Source: Mustelus asterias (Eukaryota). From it: 64,000 bases of DNA. The stretch covers positions 744,001 to 808,000 of the forward strand of contig NW_027590121.1 in assembly GCF_964213995.1 (NCBI RefSeq), written 5' to 3'. Made by a program: the position numbers and the translations under genes. The notes under the pieces were generated by a model, which saw nothing but the letters and a program-made list of their open reading frames with translations, was not told the DNA's origin and ran no database searches. Within the stretch, counting starts at the first letter, position 1; the number at the start of each line of letters is the position of its first letter. Below, in pieces: positions 8,696 to 19,045 of the stretch.

Positions 8696-11419
8696 ATGTG
8701 GAGATGCCGGCGTTGGACTGGGGTAAACACAGTAAGGAGTCTCACAACACCAGGTTAAAGTCCAACAGGTTTATTTGGTAGCAAATACCATAAGCTTTCG
8801 GAGCACTGCTCCTTTGTCAAATGGAGTGGATATCTGTTCTCCAACAGTGCACAGACACAGAAATCAAGTTACAGAATACTAATTAGAATGCAAATCTCTA
8901 CAGCCAACCAGGTCTTAAAGGTACAGATAATGTGGGTGGAGGGAACATTAAACACAGGTTAAAGAGATGTGTATTGTCTCCAGACAGAACAGCTAGTGAG
9001 ATTCTACAAGCCCAGGAGGGAAGCTGTGGGGGTTACTGATAATGTGACATAAATCCAACATCCCGGTTTAGGCCGTCCTCATGTGTGCGGAACTTGGCTA
9101 TCAGTTTCTGCTCAGCGACTCTGCGCTGTCGTGTGTCGTGAAGGCCGCCTTGGAGAACGCTTACCTGAAGATCCAAGGCTGAATGCCCGTGACTGCTGAA
9201 GTGCTTCCCCACAGGAAGAGAACAGTTTTGCCTGGTGATTGTCGAGCGGTGTTCATTCATCCGTTGTCGTAGCGTCTGCATGGTTTCCCCAATGTACCAA
9301 GCCTCTGGACATCCTTTCCTGCAGCATATCAGGTCGACAACGTTGGCCGAGTTGCAAGAGTAGGTACCATGTACCTGGTAGATGGTGTTCTCACGTGAGA
9401 TGATGGCATCCGTGTCGATGATCCGGCACGTCTTGCAGAGGTTGCTGTGGCAGGGTTGTGTGGTGTCGTGGTCACTGTTCTCCTGAAGGCTGGGTAGTTT
9501 GCTGCGGACAATGGTCTGTTTGAGGTTGCGTGGTTGTTTGAAGGCAAGAAGTGGGGGTGTGGGGATGGCCTTGGCGAGATGTTCGTCTTCACCAATGACA
9601 TGTTGAAGGCTCCGGAGGAGATGCCGTAGCTTCTCCGCTCCGGGGAAGTACTGGACGACGAAGGGTACTCTGTCCACTGTGTCCCGTGTTTGTCTTCTGA
9701 GGAGGTCGGTGCGGTTTTTCGCTGTGGCGCATCGGAACTGTTGATCGATGAGTCGAGCGCCATATCCTGTTCTTATGAGGGCATCTTTCAGCGTCTGGAG
9801 GTGTCTGTTGCGATCCTCCTCATCCGAGCAGATCCTGTGTATTCGGAGGGCTTGTCCGTAGGGGATGGCTTCTTTAACATGTTTAGGGTGGAAGCTGGAG
9901 AAGTGGAGCATCGTGAGGTTATCCGTGGGCTTGCGGTACAGTGAGGTGCTGAGGTGATCGTCCTTAATGGAAATGCGTGTGTCCAAGAATGCAACCGATT
10001 CCGGAGAGTAGTCCATGGTGAGTCTGATGGTGGGATGGAACTTGTTGATGTCATCATATAGTTGTTTCAGTGATTGCTCACCATGACTCCAAAGGAAGAA
10101 AATGTCATCGATGTATCTAGTGTATAGCATCGGTTGAAGGTCCTGTGCGGTGAAGAAGTCTTGTTCGAACCTGTGCATGAAGATGTTGGCATATTGAGGT
10201 GCGCATTTTGTCCCCATGGCTGTTCCATGTGTCTGGATGAAGAACTGGTTGTTGAAGGTGAAGATATTGTGGTCCAGGATGAAGCGGATGAGTTGTAAAA
10301 TTGCATCTGGAAACTGGCAGTTGACGGCATTGAGTACTGAGGCCGTTGCAGCAATGCCATCATCATGGGGGATGCTGGTGTAGAGTGCCGAGACATCCAT
10401 TGTGACGAGGAGTGCTCCTGGTTCAACTGCTCCATGTGTGTTGAGTTTCTGTAGGAAGTCCGTAGTGTCGCGACAAAAGCTGGTGGTTCTTTGTACAATG
10501 GGTTTCAAGATGCCCTCGACATAGCCGGAGAGGTTCTTGCACAGGGTTCCATTTCCTGAAACAATGGGACGGCCGGGTGTGTTTGCCTTGTGTATTTTTG
10601 GGAGGCAGTAGAGATCTCCAATGCGGGGAGTACGTGGGATGAGAGCACGGAGGGTGCTCTGAAGGTCCGGATCAAAGGTTTTGATCAGAGTGTTGAGTTG
10701 ACGGGTGTGTTCTTTGGTCGGATCTGTGGGTAACTGTCTGTAGTGTTTCTCGTTGTTCAGTTGTCGGTCCACTGCTTTGCAGTAATCCGTTCTGTTCAGT
10801 ATGACAATGGCCCCTCCTTTGTCTGCTGGTTTGATGACAATGTTGCGGTTGGTCTTGAGAGCGTGGATGGCGTTGCGTTGTGCTTGGGTGATGTTCGGTG
10901 CTGTCTTGTGAGTGCGGCTGATGAATTTGGTGTTGACGCACCTCCTGATGGCTTGGGCATACATGTCAAGTCGAGGGCAGCGGCCTTCCGGAGGAGTCCA
11001 ATTCGACTCTTTCCTCTTCGGTTGCACTGAGGGTCTCTCTGTCTGCTGTTCTGGTTCATTAGCTGTCTCATTGTGTTCGCTGTTGGCCTCTTGGGATTTG
11101 TGGAAGAACTCCCGCAGCCTCATTCACCTGATGTATTCCTCTGTGTCTGCTGCGAGACTGATGGGGTCTATTTTGGTAGTGGGGCAAAAGTTGAGCCCTC
11201 GGCTGAGAACATTATCCACCCACATTATCTGTACCTTTAAGACCTGGCTGGCTGTAGAGATTTGCATTCTAATTAGTATTCTGTAACTTGATTTCTGTGT
11301 CTGTGCACTGTTGGAGAACAGATATCCACTCCATCTGACAAAGGAGCTGTGCTCCGAAAGCTTATGGTATTTGCTACCAAATAAACCTGTTGGACTTTAA
11401 CCTGGTGTTGTGAGACTTC
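8696..11419 (-). mobile_element. Penelope-like element, 5'-truncated, with inverted pseudo-LTR
   Basis: RT plus GIY-YIG ORF. The 3' terminal repeat at 8696-9030 is partly repeated in inverted orientation at ~11210-11419. Flanking duplication GAAATGTGGCATG at 8683-8695 and 11420-11432. Confidence 0.92.
9033..11123 (-). CDS. Penelope reverse transcriptase + GIY-YIG endonuclease (partial, probably inactive)
   Basis: KPADKGG, LPKIHK, GRPIVS, MDVSALYTSI, GTAMG, RYIDD, YIGET..LRQRMNEH. The frame continues upstream (VLSRGLNFCP) across a TGA at 11124-11126. The GIY tyrosine reads VVD here but VVY in the copy at ~38330. Confidence 0.88.
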   Translation of the reverse strand: MRLREFFHKSQEANSEHNETANEPEQQTERPSVQPKRKESNWTPPEGRCPRLDMYAQAIRRCVNTKFISRTHKTAPNITQAQRNAIHALKTNRNIVIKPADKGGAIVILNRTDYCKAVDRQLNNEKHYRQLPTDPTKEHTRQLNTLIKTFDPDLQSTLRALIPRTPRIGDLYCLPKIHKANTPGRPIVSGNGTLCKNLSGYVEGILKPIVQRTTSFCRDTTDFLQKLNTHGAVEPGALLVTMDVSALYTSIPHDDGIAATASVLNAVNCQFPDAILQLIRFILDHNIFTFNNQFFIQTHGTAMGTKCAPQYANIFMHRFEQDFFTAQDLQPMLYTRYIDDIFFLWSHGEQSLKQLYDDINKFHPTIRLTMDYSPESVAFLDTRISIKDDHLSTSLYRKPTDNLTMLHFSSFHPKHVKEAIPYGQALRIHRICSDEEDRNRHLQTLKDALIRTGYGARLIDQQFRCATAKNRTDLLRRQTRDTVDRVPFVVQYFPGAEKLRHLLRSLQHVIGEDEHLAKAIPTPPLLAFKQPRNLKQTIVRSKLPSLQENSDHDTTQPCHSNLCKTCRIIDTDAIISRENTIYQVHGTYSCNSANVVDLICCRKGCPEAWYIGETMQTLRQRMNEHRSTITRQNCSLPVGKHFSSHGHSALDLQVSVLQGGLHDTRQRRVAEQKLIAKFRTHEDGLNRDVGFMSHYQ

Positions 11420-12189
11420 GAAATGTGGCATGTCAGCTATGACTCTGACCAATTTTTACAGAAAACATTCTTTCTGGTTGTATCACAACTTGGTATGGCT
11501 CCTGCTCTGCCCAAGACCACAAGGAACTACAAAAGGTCGTAGTGTAGCCCAATCCATCATGCAAACCAAGCTGCCATCCATTGACTGTCTCCACTTCCCG
11601 CTGCCTCGGCAAAGCAGCCAGCATAATTAAGGACCCCACGCACCCCGGACATTCTCTCTTCCACCTTCTTCCGTTGGGAAAATGATGCAAAAGCCTGAGG
11701 TCACGTACCAACCGACTAAAGAGCAGCTTCTTCCCTGCTGCCATCAGACTTTTGAATGGACTTACCTTGCATTAAGTTGCTCTTTCTCTATATCCTTGTT
11801 GTGACTGTAACACTACATTCTGCACTCTCTCATTTCTTTCTCTCTGTACGGTATGCTTTGTGTGTATAGCGCGCAAGAAACAGTACTTTTCACTGTATGC
11901 TAATACATGTGACAATAATAAATCAAATCGAAACAAAATCAAATCAAATTAAATTTAGCAATTATGCCCTCATTCCATCTTCCAGATCATTAATGTGTAA
12001 CGGTGCGTGTTCTATGAATATGTGACTGAAAGCACACCTCAGCCAGCGAGACCCCGAGCAGAAGAAGATAAAGGAGATTTGCCAGTGTTGACCTGCAGGA
12101 ACAACCAAAGCACAAAGAAAGGTCCCCAAGGCAGGGACTCAGAAATATTGGAACAAAAGCCTATCGGCAGGGAGCCTGATCAATTTGCC

Positions 12190-12720
12190 TTTTTGGTTTG
12201 ATTTGATTTACTATCGTCACATGTATTAACATACAGTGAAAAGTTTTGTTTCTTGTGCACTAAACAGACAAAACATACCATTCATAGAGAAGGAAATGAG
12301 AGAGTGCAGAATGTAGTGTTACAGTCATAGCTTGGGTGTAGAGGAAGATCAACTTAATGCAAGGTAAGTCCATTCAAAAGTCTGACAGCAGCAGGGAAAA
12401 ATCTGTTCTGTTGGTACGTGACCTCAGACTTTTGTATCTTTTTCCCAACGGAAGAAAGTGGAAGAGAGAATGTCCGGGGTGCGTGGGGTCCTTAATTATG
12501 CAGGCTGCTTTGCCGAGGCAGCGGGAAGTGTAGACAGAGTCAATGGATGGGAGGCTGGTTTGCGTGATGGATTGGGCTACATTCACGACCTTTGGTAGTT
12601 CCTTGCAGTCTTGGGCAGAGCAGGAGCTGTACCAAGCTGTGATATGGTGTATCTGTAAAAGTTGGTGAGAGTCGTAGCTGACATGCCAAATTTCCTTAGT
12701 CTTCTGAGAAAGTAGACGAG
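12190..12720 (-). mobile_element. Rex1/Babar-like LINE 3' fragment
   Basis: Reverse-complement homologue of 11430-11950 (YFLRRLRKFGMS..TLTNFYR; IIKDPTHPGHSLF); (TTTGA)n tail. Confidence 0.75.
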
Positions 12721-12869
12721 TTCCTTGCATTGGGTAGTATTTGAGTCCAAGCTGTGAGTTTTGTGTTTTTTAATCAGTATTTTATCAAGTGCTGAGTAAA
12801 AAGGCAGTTTCAATGGTTTTTGAATGTTCGAAGATAATCGGCTTCCAGAAAGTTAAGAAAGGAATAGTT

Positions 12870-13395
12870 CATTGGTGAACCCTTCAGCATGCAGGTCAGC
12901 GGGAGCACCCCCGCACATGCGCAGCTTCCCCTCTCCCTTGGACATGCGCAGGCCGGGGGAAGGGGGCGATCACCGAGCGGCTTCTCGCTCTGTCCGGAGC
13001 CGCCAGCCGGTTGCCTGGAAACCTTGGCTCGAGGAGGTGCAGGGGGAGCGGAACAATGGGTGGGGGCGGGGCTCCCGGGTCCGCGCGGCGGAGATCCCAC
13101 CCCCTGACCTTGATGCTGAGGGGTTGACCAATGGGAAGAATTGGAGGACCGGAAGGACTCTGGTCCTCCAGCCAATTAGAACGCGGGCTTTGTGTGAATG
13201 AAGATTGAGCTTCAGACAGACTGAAACTTCCTCTGTGCAACATCTGTGAGTAAAACACTTTCTTTTCTCCCCCTTTCCATTTCTTTTCTCATTCTGGGGG
13301 AAACTGGGGACTTGCAGCAACTGAAGATAGAGGAAGTGAATCCAGGGAGGCTGCAGACTCTGGAAAGGTTGGCCCAGGTTTCTCTCTCTCTCAAA
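12870..13395 (+). promoter_or_regulatory. ZNF promoter module (copy 2, rearranged) with exon-1 donor
   Basis: Homologous to 2090-2655 and 27365-28000. Palindrome at 13142-13170; AACATCT|GTGAGT donor at 13246. Confidence 0.65.
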
Positions 13396-15095
13396 CCAGA
13401 AAATGATCCATTTCTGCCCACTGTTGGCTGTTAGCCAATTTTCTATCCACGCCAATATGTTATCCCCACAGCATGAATTTTTATTTGCTGCAATAATCTT
13501 TAATGTTTCACCTCATCAAATGTCTTCTGGAAATCTAAGTACAGCACATCCACTGATTCCATTTATCCAATTCCCGATGGGGAATTTTAGAAAATTAAAC
13601 AACACATCAACGATCTCACTCTGTTAAGACCCGAGAATGGAGCCCAGCAGGACCCGAGGACTCATCAGCCCACAGCTCCAACAGTTTGCTGAGGACCACT
13701 TCCCTGGTAATTGTGCTTTTTCAGAGTTCATCCCACACTTCTGTTTTCTGATTTCCAGCTGTTTCTGAGTTTTAACTGTATCCTCTATTGTGAAGACCGA
13801 GGCAAAATACTTGTTCAATTAATTTCCCAGCTCCTTATTTTTCATTGTTAATTGCTAGACTCACTTTCTATAAGACTCTTAAGAAATAAAGTAGGGCAAG
13901 TGAATGAAGTGTCAGTCGGAGAGCACTTTGTGTCCAGTGACCAGAACACTATTAGTTTTAAAATAGCTCTGGAAAAAGATAGGAGTGATCCACAGGTTAA
14001 GGCCCTAAACTGGAGCAGGGCCAATGTTGTGGGCATTAGGCAGGATCTAGCAGATGTTGATTATGTGAGTCTGTTTGAAGAGAAAGGAATGACTGGCTAA
14101 TGGGAGGCTTTTAAAAGTGTGATATCAAGAGTCCAGGAGAAGTATATTCCTGCTCAGATGAAGGGAAAGAATGGTAAACACACAGCCATGGAGCATTAAA
14201 CTTGCCTCGCAGGGCCACTCATATCAGCGCAAAGGCAGCTGCTTTGTGAGACTGCTGGCAGCACAGACAACTCCGAGATAAGAGTGCCCTGAGAAGAGAG
14301 ATTCATTGTGAAGGCTCAGGGACGGTTGATAAGATGTAAGAATTCTATTATTTTAATGAACATTCTTTCCTCTCTCGTTCCCCAAAAGCTGTGAATCTCC
14401 ATCCCACACACTCTCCCTCCATTCTCACTCTGCTGTATCTAATATTCACCCTCCCAATTCTCCTGAAGGTGCTGATTGAGGCTGATTGACAGATGCATGC
14501 TCACTGCTTCCTGTCCAGCAGTCAAAAATCCTAAGAATTCAGAGCTGCAGTTGGCCATTCAGCCCATCGAACTGCCTCAAACATTCATGGAGAATTGGCC
14601 GATCTACCTCAGCATCATTTCCCACACTATCCCCTAGATAGAGAGCGAATAGAGCCAACGTTTCGAGTCTGCAGAGAGGAAGGAATGTTCAATAGAAACT
14701 TGAATTGTGTGTTCTAAATTTCTATGCTGCACTGACACTGATGACTTCTGTAAACTCCTTTTACAGGGTATCGAAAGAGGAATCACAGGCTGAAATCTCA
14801 AACGTCACATCTAGATCTGACAGAGTCATATTCCTTGGGACCTGAATATCATCGGCCTTTGAATCTTTAAGGAGAAATGATTGTCCGGTCTGGTGACTTG
14901 AAAAGATTTCAAACATCAGTGTGACTGGAAAAGTGCCAACACACTGCCACACTGGAGTGAGTGTGTTCCAGTGCACTGAGCTTGAACCAGTTACACAGCC
15001 TGAATAAATATCACACCATTCACAGCGGGGGTGGGGGGACTGTTCTGTGTGTGGACGAGTCTTCAACTGAAGAGAGAGGAAAGGACACCTGCACC

Positions 15096-15602
15096 ATGGA
15101 GAAACCATGGAAATGTGGGGACTGTGGGAAGAGGTACAGATACCCATCTCAGCTGGAAGTTCATCGGCGCAGCCACACTGGGGAGAGACCATTCACCTGC
15201 TCTCAGTGTGAGAAGGGATTCACTGATTTATCCACCCTGCGGACACACCAGCGAGTTCACACTGGGGAGAGACCGTTCACCTGCTCTCAGTGTGAGAAGG
15301 GGTTCAGTCAATTAGCTAACCTGCAGAAACACCAGCGAGTTCACACTGGGGAGAGACCATTCACCTGCTCTCAGTGTGGGAAGGGATTCACTCAGTTATC
15401 CAGCCTGCAGACGCACCAGCGACTTCACACTGGGGAGAGGCCATTCACCTGCTCTCAGTGTGAGAAGGGGTTCAGTCAGTTATCCAGCCTGCAGACACAC
15501 CAGCGAGTTCACACAGGGGAGAGACCATTCACCTGCTCTCAGTGTGGGAAGGGGTTCAGAGCTTCATCCCACCTGCTGAGACACCAAAACGCTCACGAGT
15601 GA
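15096..15602 (+). CDS. Tandem C2H2 zinc-finger protein, 6 fingers
   Basis: ACCATGG start (MEKPWKC), six intact fingers, exon acceptor TTACAG ending at 14766. Confidence 0.88.
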   Translation: MEKPWKCGDCGKRYRYPSQLEVHRRSHTGERPFTCSQCEKGFTDLSTLRTHQRVHTGERPFTCSQCEKGFSQLANLQKHQRVHTGERPFTCSQCGKGFTQLSSLQTHQRLHTGERPFTCSQCEKGFSQLSSLQTHQRVHTGERPFTCSQCGKGFRASSHLLRHQNAHE

Positions 15603-16919
15603 TTCCAGAGGTTGGATTCTGCTGTTATTGTTTCTGCTCTCAATTACATCCAGGACTGCATTTTGTTCATTCTCACAGTTGGTCAATGGGGAGGGTCGGA
15701 GGGTTTCTTTCTGCTGGACTGGCCGGTCTCATGACTTTGCCTCCAGTGGGCTGGTGCTCTTCGAGTCTTGTTGTGAATACCTGGTTTCAAATTTCACAAG
15801 GATCACAGAGTGACAGGATGTTAGGAAGTTAAGAGATATTTAGTCAGCATTTCTGTTTGAAACCTCCCAAATGCCCATCCAATTTCCTTTGTAATTGTTT
15901 ATTGTCTCCACTTCCTCCACCCTCGTAGGCAGCGAGTTCCAGGTCATTACCATTCGCTGTATCAGAATATTCTTCCTCACATCCCCCCCTGCATCTCTGA
16001 TCCAAAACCTTAAATCTGTGACCCCCTCATCCTTGTCCCGTCAGCTAATGGGAACAGCTTTTCTTTGTCCACCTTATCTAAACCTGTCAGAATCTTGTCC
16101 ACCTCTATCAAATCTCCCCTCAACCTCCTTTGCTCCAAGGGGAACAACCCCAGCCTGACATTGACAATAAAGAACAAACTAACAGAATATGTTAATACCT
16201 GAAATCAAATGGGAATGTCTAATTTCTGTTTTAAAGAAATCATGAATATATTGTCCTGGACAATAAAGGGATTTGAATAACTCAGCTTGGGTGCAGTTGA
16301 ATGAAATGTATCAATCTCGCATCCACCCACAGTCTAGAGGAAGTGTGGAATGTGTAGCTGGAAATCCCTCCCTAACAGCACTGTGGGTGTACTTACACCT
16401 TCGGCATTGCAGCAGTTCAGGAAGGCAGTGTTGGCGCTGATCGTGGCCGAAGCAGCTACAGACAGCCACATATTCTGTTATAACTGAAGGACTGCAGATT
16501 AAATGCGAGGCATTATGGGACTGGACTATCTTGACCACATTCCTGTGACTGCTCAGTTTCTGCAATCATGAACCATTAAAGCTGCTTAGCTGGGCCCCGA
16601 CAGAGGACCTGGTGAGAATATTTACTCAGAATGAGTTAGAATTAAACTTATCCCAGGACCGGCTGGTGTTCAGTGGCTGAGATTCCCGAATCTGTAAAAA
16701 GGGGGTCTGACCAATCAACAAACAGTGGTAGGTAGTTAGTTCAGAAGCGTTCTCATGCATTATTTGAATTATTTTATCATAAATTTGTGATAAGACCTGT
16801 GAGGGACTTGTAACCCAATAGTTGTTGAATTGACGGTAAACTCCAAGTAGCACTGGGCTGAAAAGGGGGTCTGACCAAGAAGTGAAGTGATCTCAGGCAT
16901 TGTTTAAATTACATCATCA

Positions 16920-17455
16920 TTGGCCAACTTCCCCTTTGTGATGTCACAGTGGAGCCATCCTTGAATCAGCCAATAGGAATCACTGTGCTCCGCGGTGACG
17001 TCTCCGGGTTCCAGTGCGCAGGCCCGGGCGAGCGGACGCGGGAGCCCCGCCCCCACCCATTGTTCCCCTCCCCCTGCACCTCATCGAGCCAAGGTTTCCA
17101 GGCAACCGGCTGACGGCTCTGGCCAGAGCGAGAAGCCGCTCGGTGATCTCCCCCTCCTCCCGGCCCAGGTGTTCTGAGGTGTTGACTAATAGGAAGAGTT
17201 GGAGGACCAGAAGGACTCTGGTCCTCCAGCTGATCAGAGCGCCGGCTTTACATGAATGAAGATTGAGCTTCAGACAGACTGAAACGTCCTCCTGTCTCCA
17301 ACATCTGAGAGTAAAACACTTTCTTTTCTCCCCCTTTCCATTTCTTTTCTCATTCTGGGGGAAATTGGGGACTTGCAGCAACTGAAGGGAATGAAGTGAA
17401 TCCAAGGAGGCTGCAGACTCAGGAAAGGTTGGCCCAGGTCTCTCTCTCTCTTAAA
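16920..17455 (+). promoter_or_regulatory. ZNF promoter module (copy 3), exon-1 donor mutated
   Basis: Homologous module with an internal deletion. The donor reads GAGAGT at 17307 instead of GTGAGT. Confidence 0.6.
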
Positions 17456-17892
17456 GACATTGACATCCTTTGCTCCCTCAGTTTGACACATTTATTTGTT
17501 TGGCTAAAAGGATGGTCTCTTTCCTAATGTTCGTAATTAAAGGGCTGGTTTCCCCAGGAGATGGCTGACATTTAAGGGGACAGTAAATTAATATAGGACA
17601 GACATATGTCCAGTGTTGTTATATCAGACAGGTTTATTCCTGGTCCTGCAATAAATGCATTTATCATTCCAATCTTGTCATATTGTACTGTAGCTACATT
17701 ATATATTTCCAGTTATAGAGTCATTACAGCACAGAAGGAGTCCATTGGACAACTCGAGTCCATGCTGACTCTCACAGTAACTTCATAGTTTTTTCGCACT
17801 TTTTTCATGATTTTCAAGTGACTTCATTGCAGTGTTAATGTAAGCCTCCTTGTGACACTAATTAATAAACAATCAAAACTAAACTATAAACC

Positions 17893-18402
17893 GCCTTGGC
17901 GAACACTTACCCGAAGATCAGAGGCTGAATGCCCTTGATCTTTGGGTAAGTGTCCTCCAAGGTGGCCTTCAAGACACACGACAGTGCAGAATCGCTGAGC
18001 AGAAACTGGTAGCCAGGTTCCGCACACACGAGGACGGCCTCAACCGGGATATTGGGTTCATGTCACACTATCTGTAACCACCACAACTTGCCTAGACTTT
18101 CAAAATCTCACCAACTGTCCTGGCTGGAGACAATTCACACCTCTTTAACCTATGCTTAACCCTCTCTCCACTTCCATTGTACCTGGAAAGACTTGATTGC
18201 CTGTTAAGACTCGCATTCCAACCATTATCTTGTAATGGAGTTTGTGTCTATATGCCCTGTTTGTGAACCAAATCCTGCACACATCTGATGAAGGAGCAGC
18301 GCTCCGAAAGCTCGTGCTACTAATAAACCTGTTGGACTTTAACCTGGTGTTGTGAGACTTCTTACCGTGCCTACCCCAGTCCAACGCCGACATCTCCACA
18401 TC
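17893..18402 (+). mobile_element. Penelope 3' fragment with short 5' fold-back
   Basis: Endonuclease C-terminus (FRTHEDGLNRD) plus terminal repeat ending CTCCACATC. 17893-17920 is an inverted copy of ~17935-17965. Confidence 0.85.
18282..18316 (+). ncRNA. Minimal hammerhead ribozyme motif in a Penelope terminal repeat
   Basis: CAT-CTGATGA-A-GGAGC(AGC)GCTCC-GAAA-GC-TC-GTG: conserved core, stem II, palindromic AGCT stem III and stem I. Confidence 0.7.
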
Positions 18403-18405
18403 CAG

Positions 18406-19045
18406 GACAGGAAGCAGTGAGCATGGATCTGCCAATCAGCCTGAATCAGCACCTTTCAAAGAATTGGCAGGGTGAATATTAGATACAGCAGAGTGAGAAT
18501 GGAGGGAGAGTGTGTGGGATGGAGATTTACAGCTTTTGGGGAATAAGAGAGGAAAGAATGTTCCATAGAAACTAGAATTGTCAGTTCTGAATTTCTATCC
18601 TGTACTGACACTGGTGAATTTTGTAAACTCCTTTTACAGGGTAGATTTGCAGAAGGTGAGGATTTACAGGCAGAAATCTCAAATCAAACAACACATCAAG
18701 ACCTGACAGAGTTATTCATTTGATCAGGACCTGAATATCATTGGCCTTTGAATCTAAAAGGAGAAATCTTTTCCTGTTCTGTCTGCTTCAGAATTCTTTT
18801 TTAACATAAATGTGACTGAAAAATCACTGAAACACAGATACACCCAAGTGAGAGTGTTCCAGTGTACTGTGTGGGAAGAGATTTAACCAGTTGCACAGCC
18901 TGAAAATACACCGCAGCATTCACAGCGGGGAGAGACTGTACCCGTGTTCTGTGTGAAATTTAACTCATTGTTTAACCTGGAGAGTCACAAGAACACCCGC
19001 ATCAGTGGGAAACTGTGGAAATATGGGGACTGTGGGAGGCGATTC
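18406..19045 (+). pseudogene. Truncated ZNF pseudogene
   Basis: Exon 2 (18406-18471), then exon 3 from ~18640 to [14 protein letters not shown], where the sequence switches to CR1. Confidence 0.8.

Larger units (their letters stand above)
8561..11950 (+). mobile_element. Rex1/Babar-like LINE 3' fragment split by the Penelope insertion (8561-8695 and 11420-11950)
   Basis: FKFLGVQITNNLSW...LYFLRRLRK continues after the insert as MSAMTLTNFYR. (AAATC)n tail at ~11915-11950. Confidence 0.7.

Noticed and set aside
9033-11123. Active autonomous Penelope or telomerase-like host gene
   Set aside because: 5'-truncated, with an in-frame stop just upstream, a GIY tyrosine substitution and degenerate hammerhead cores.
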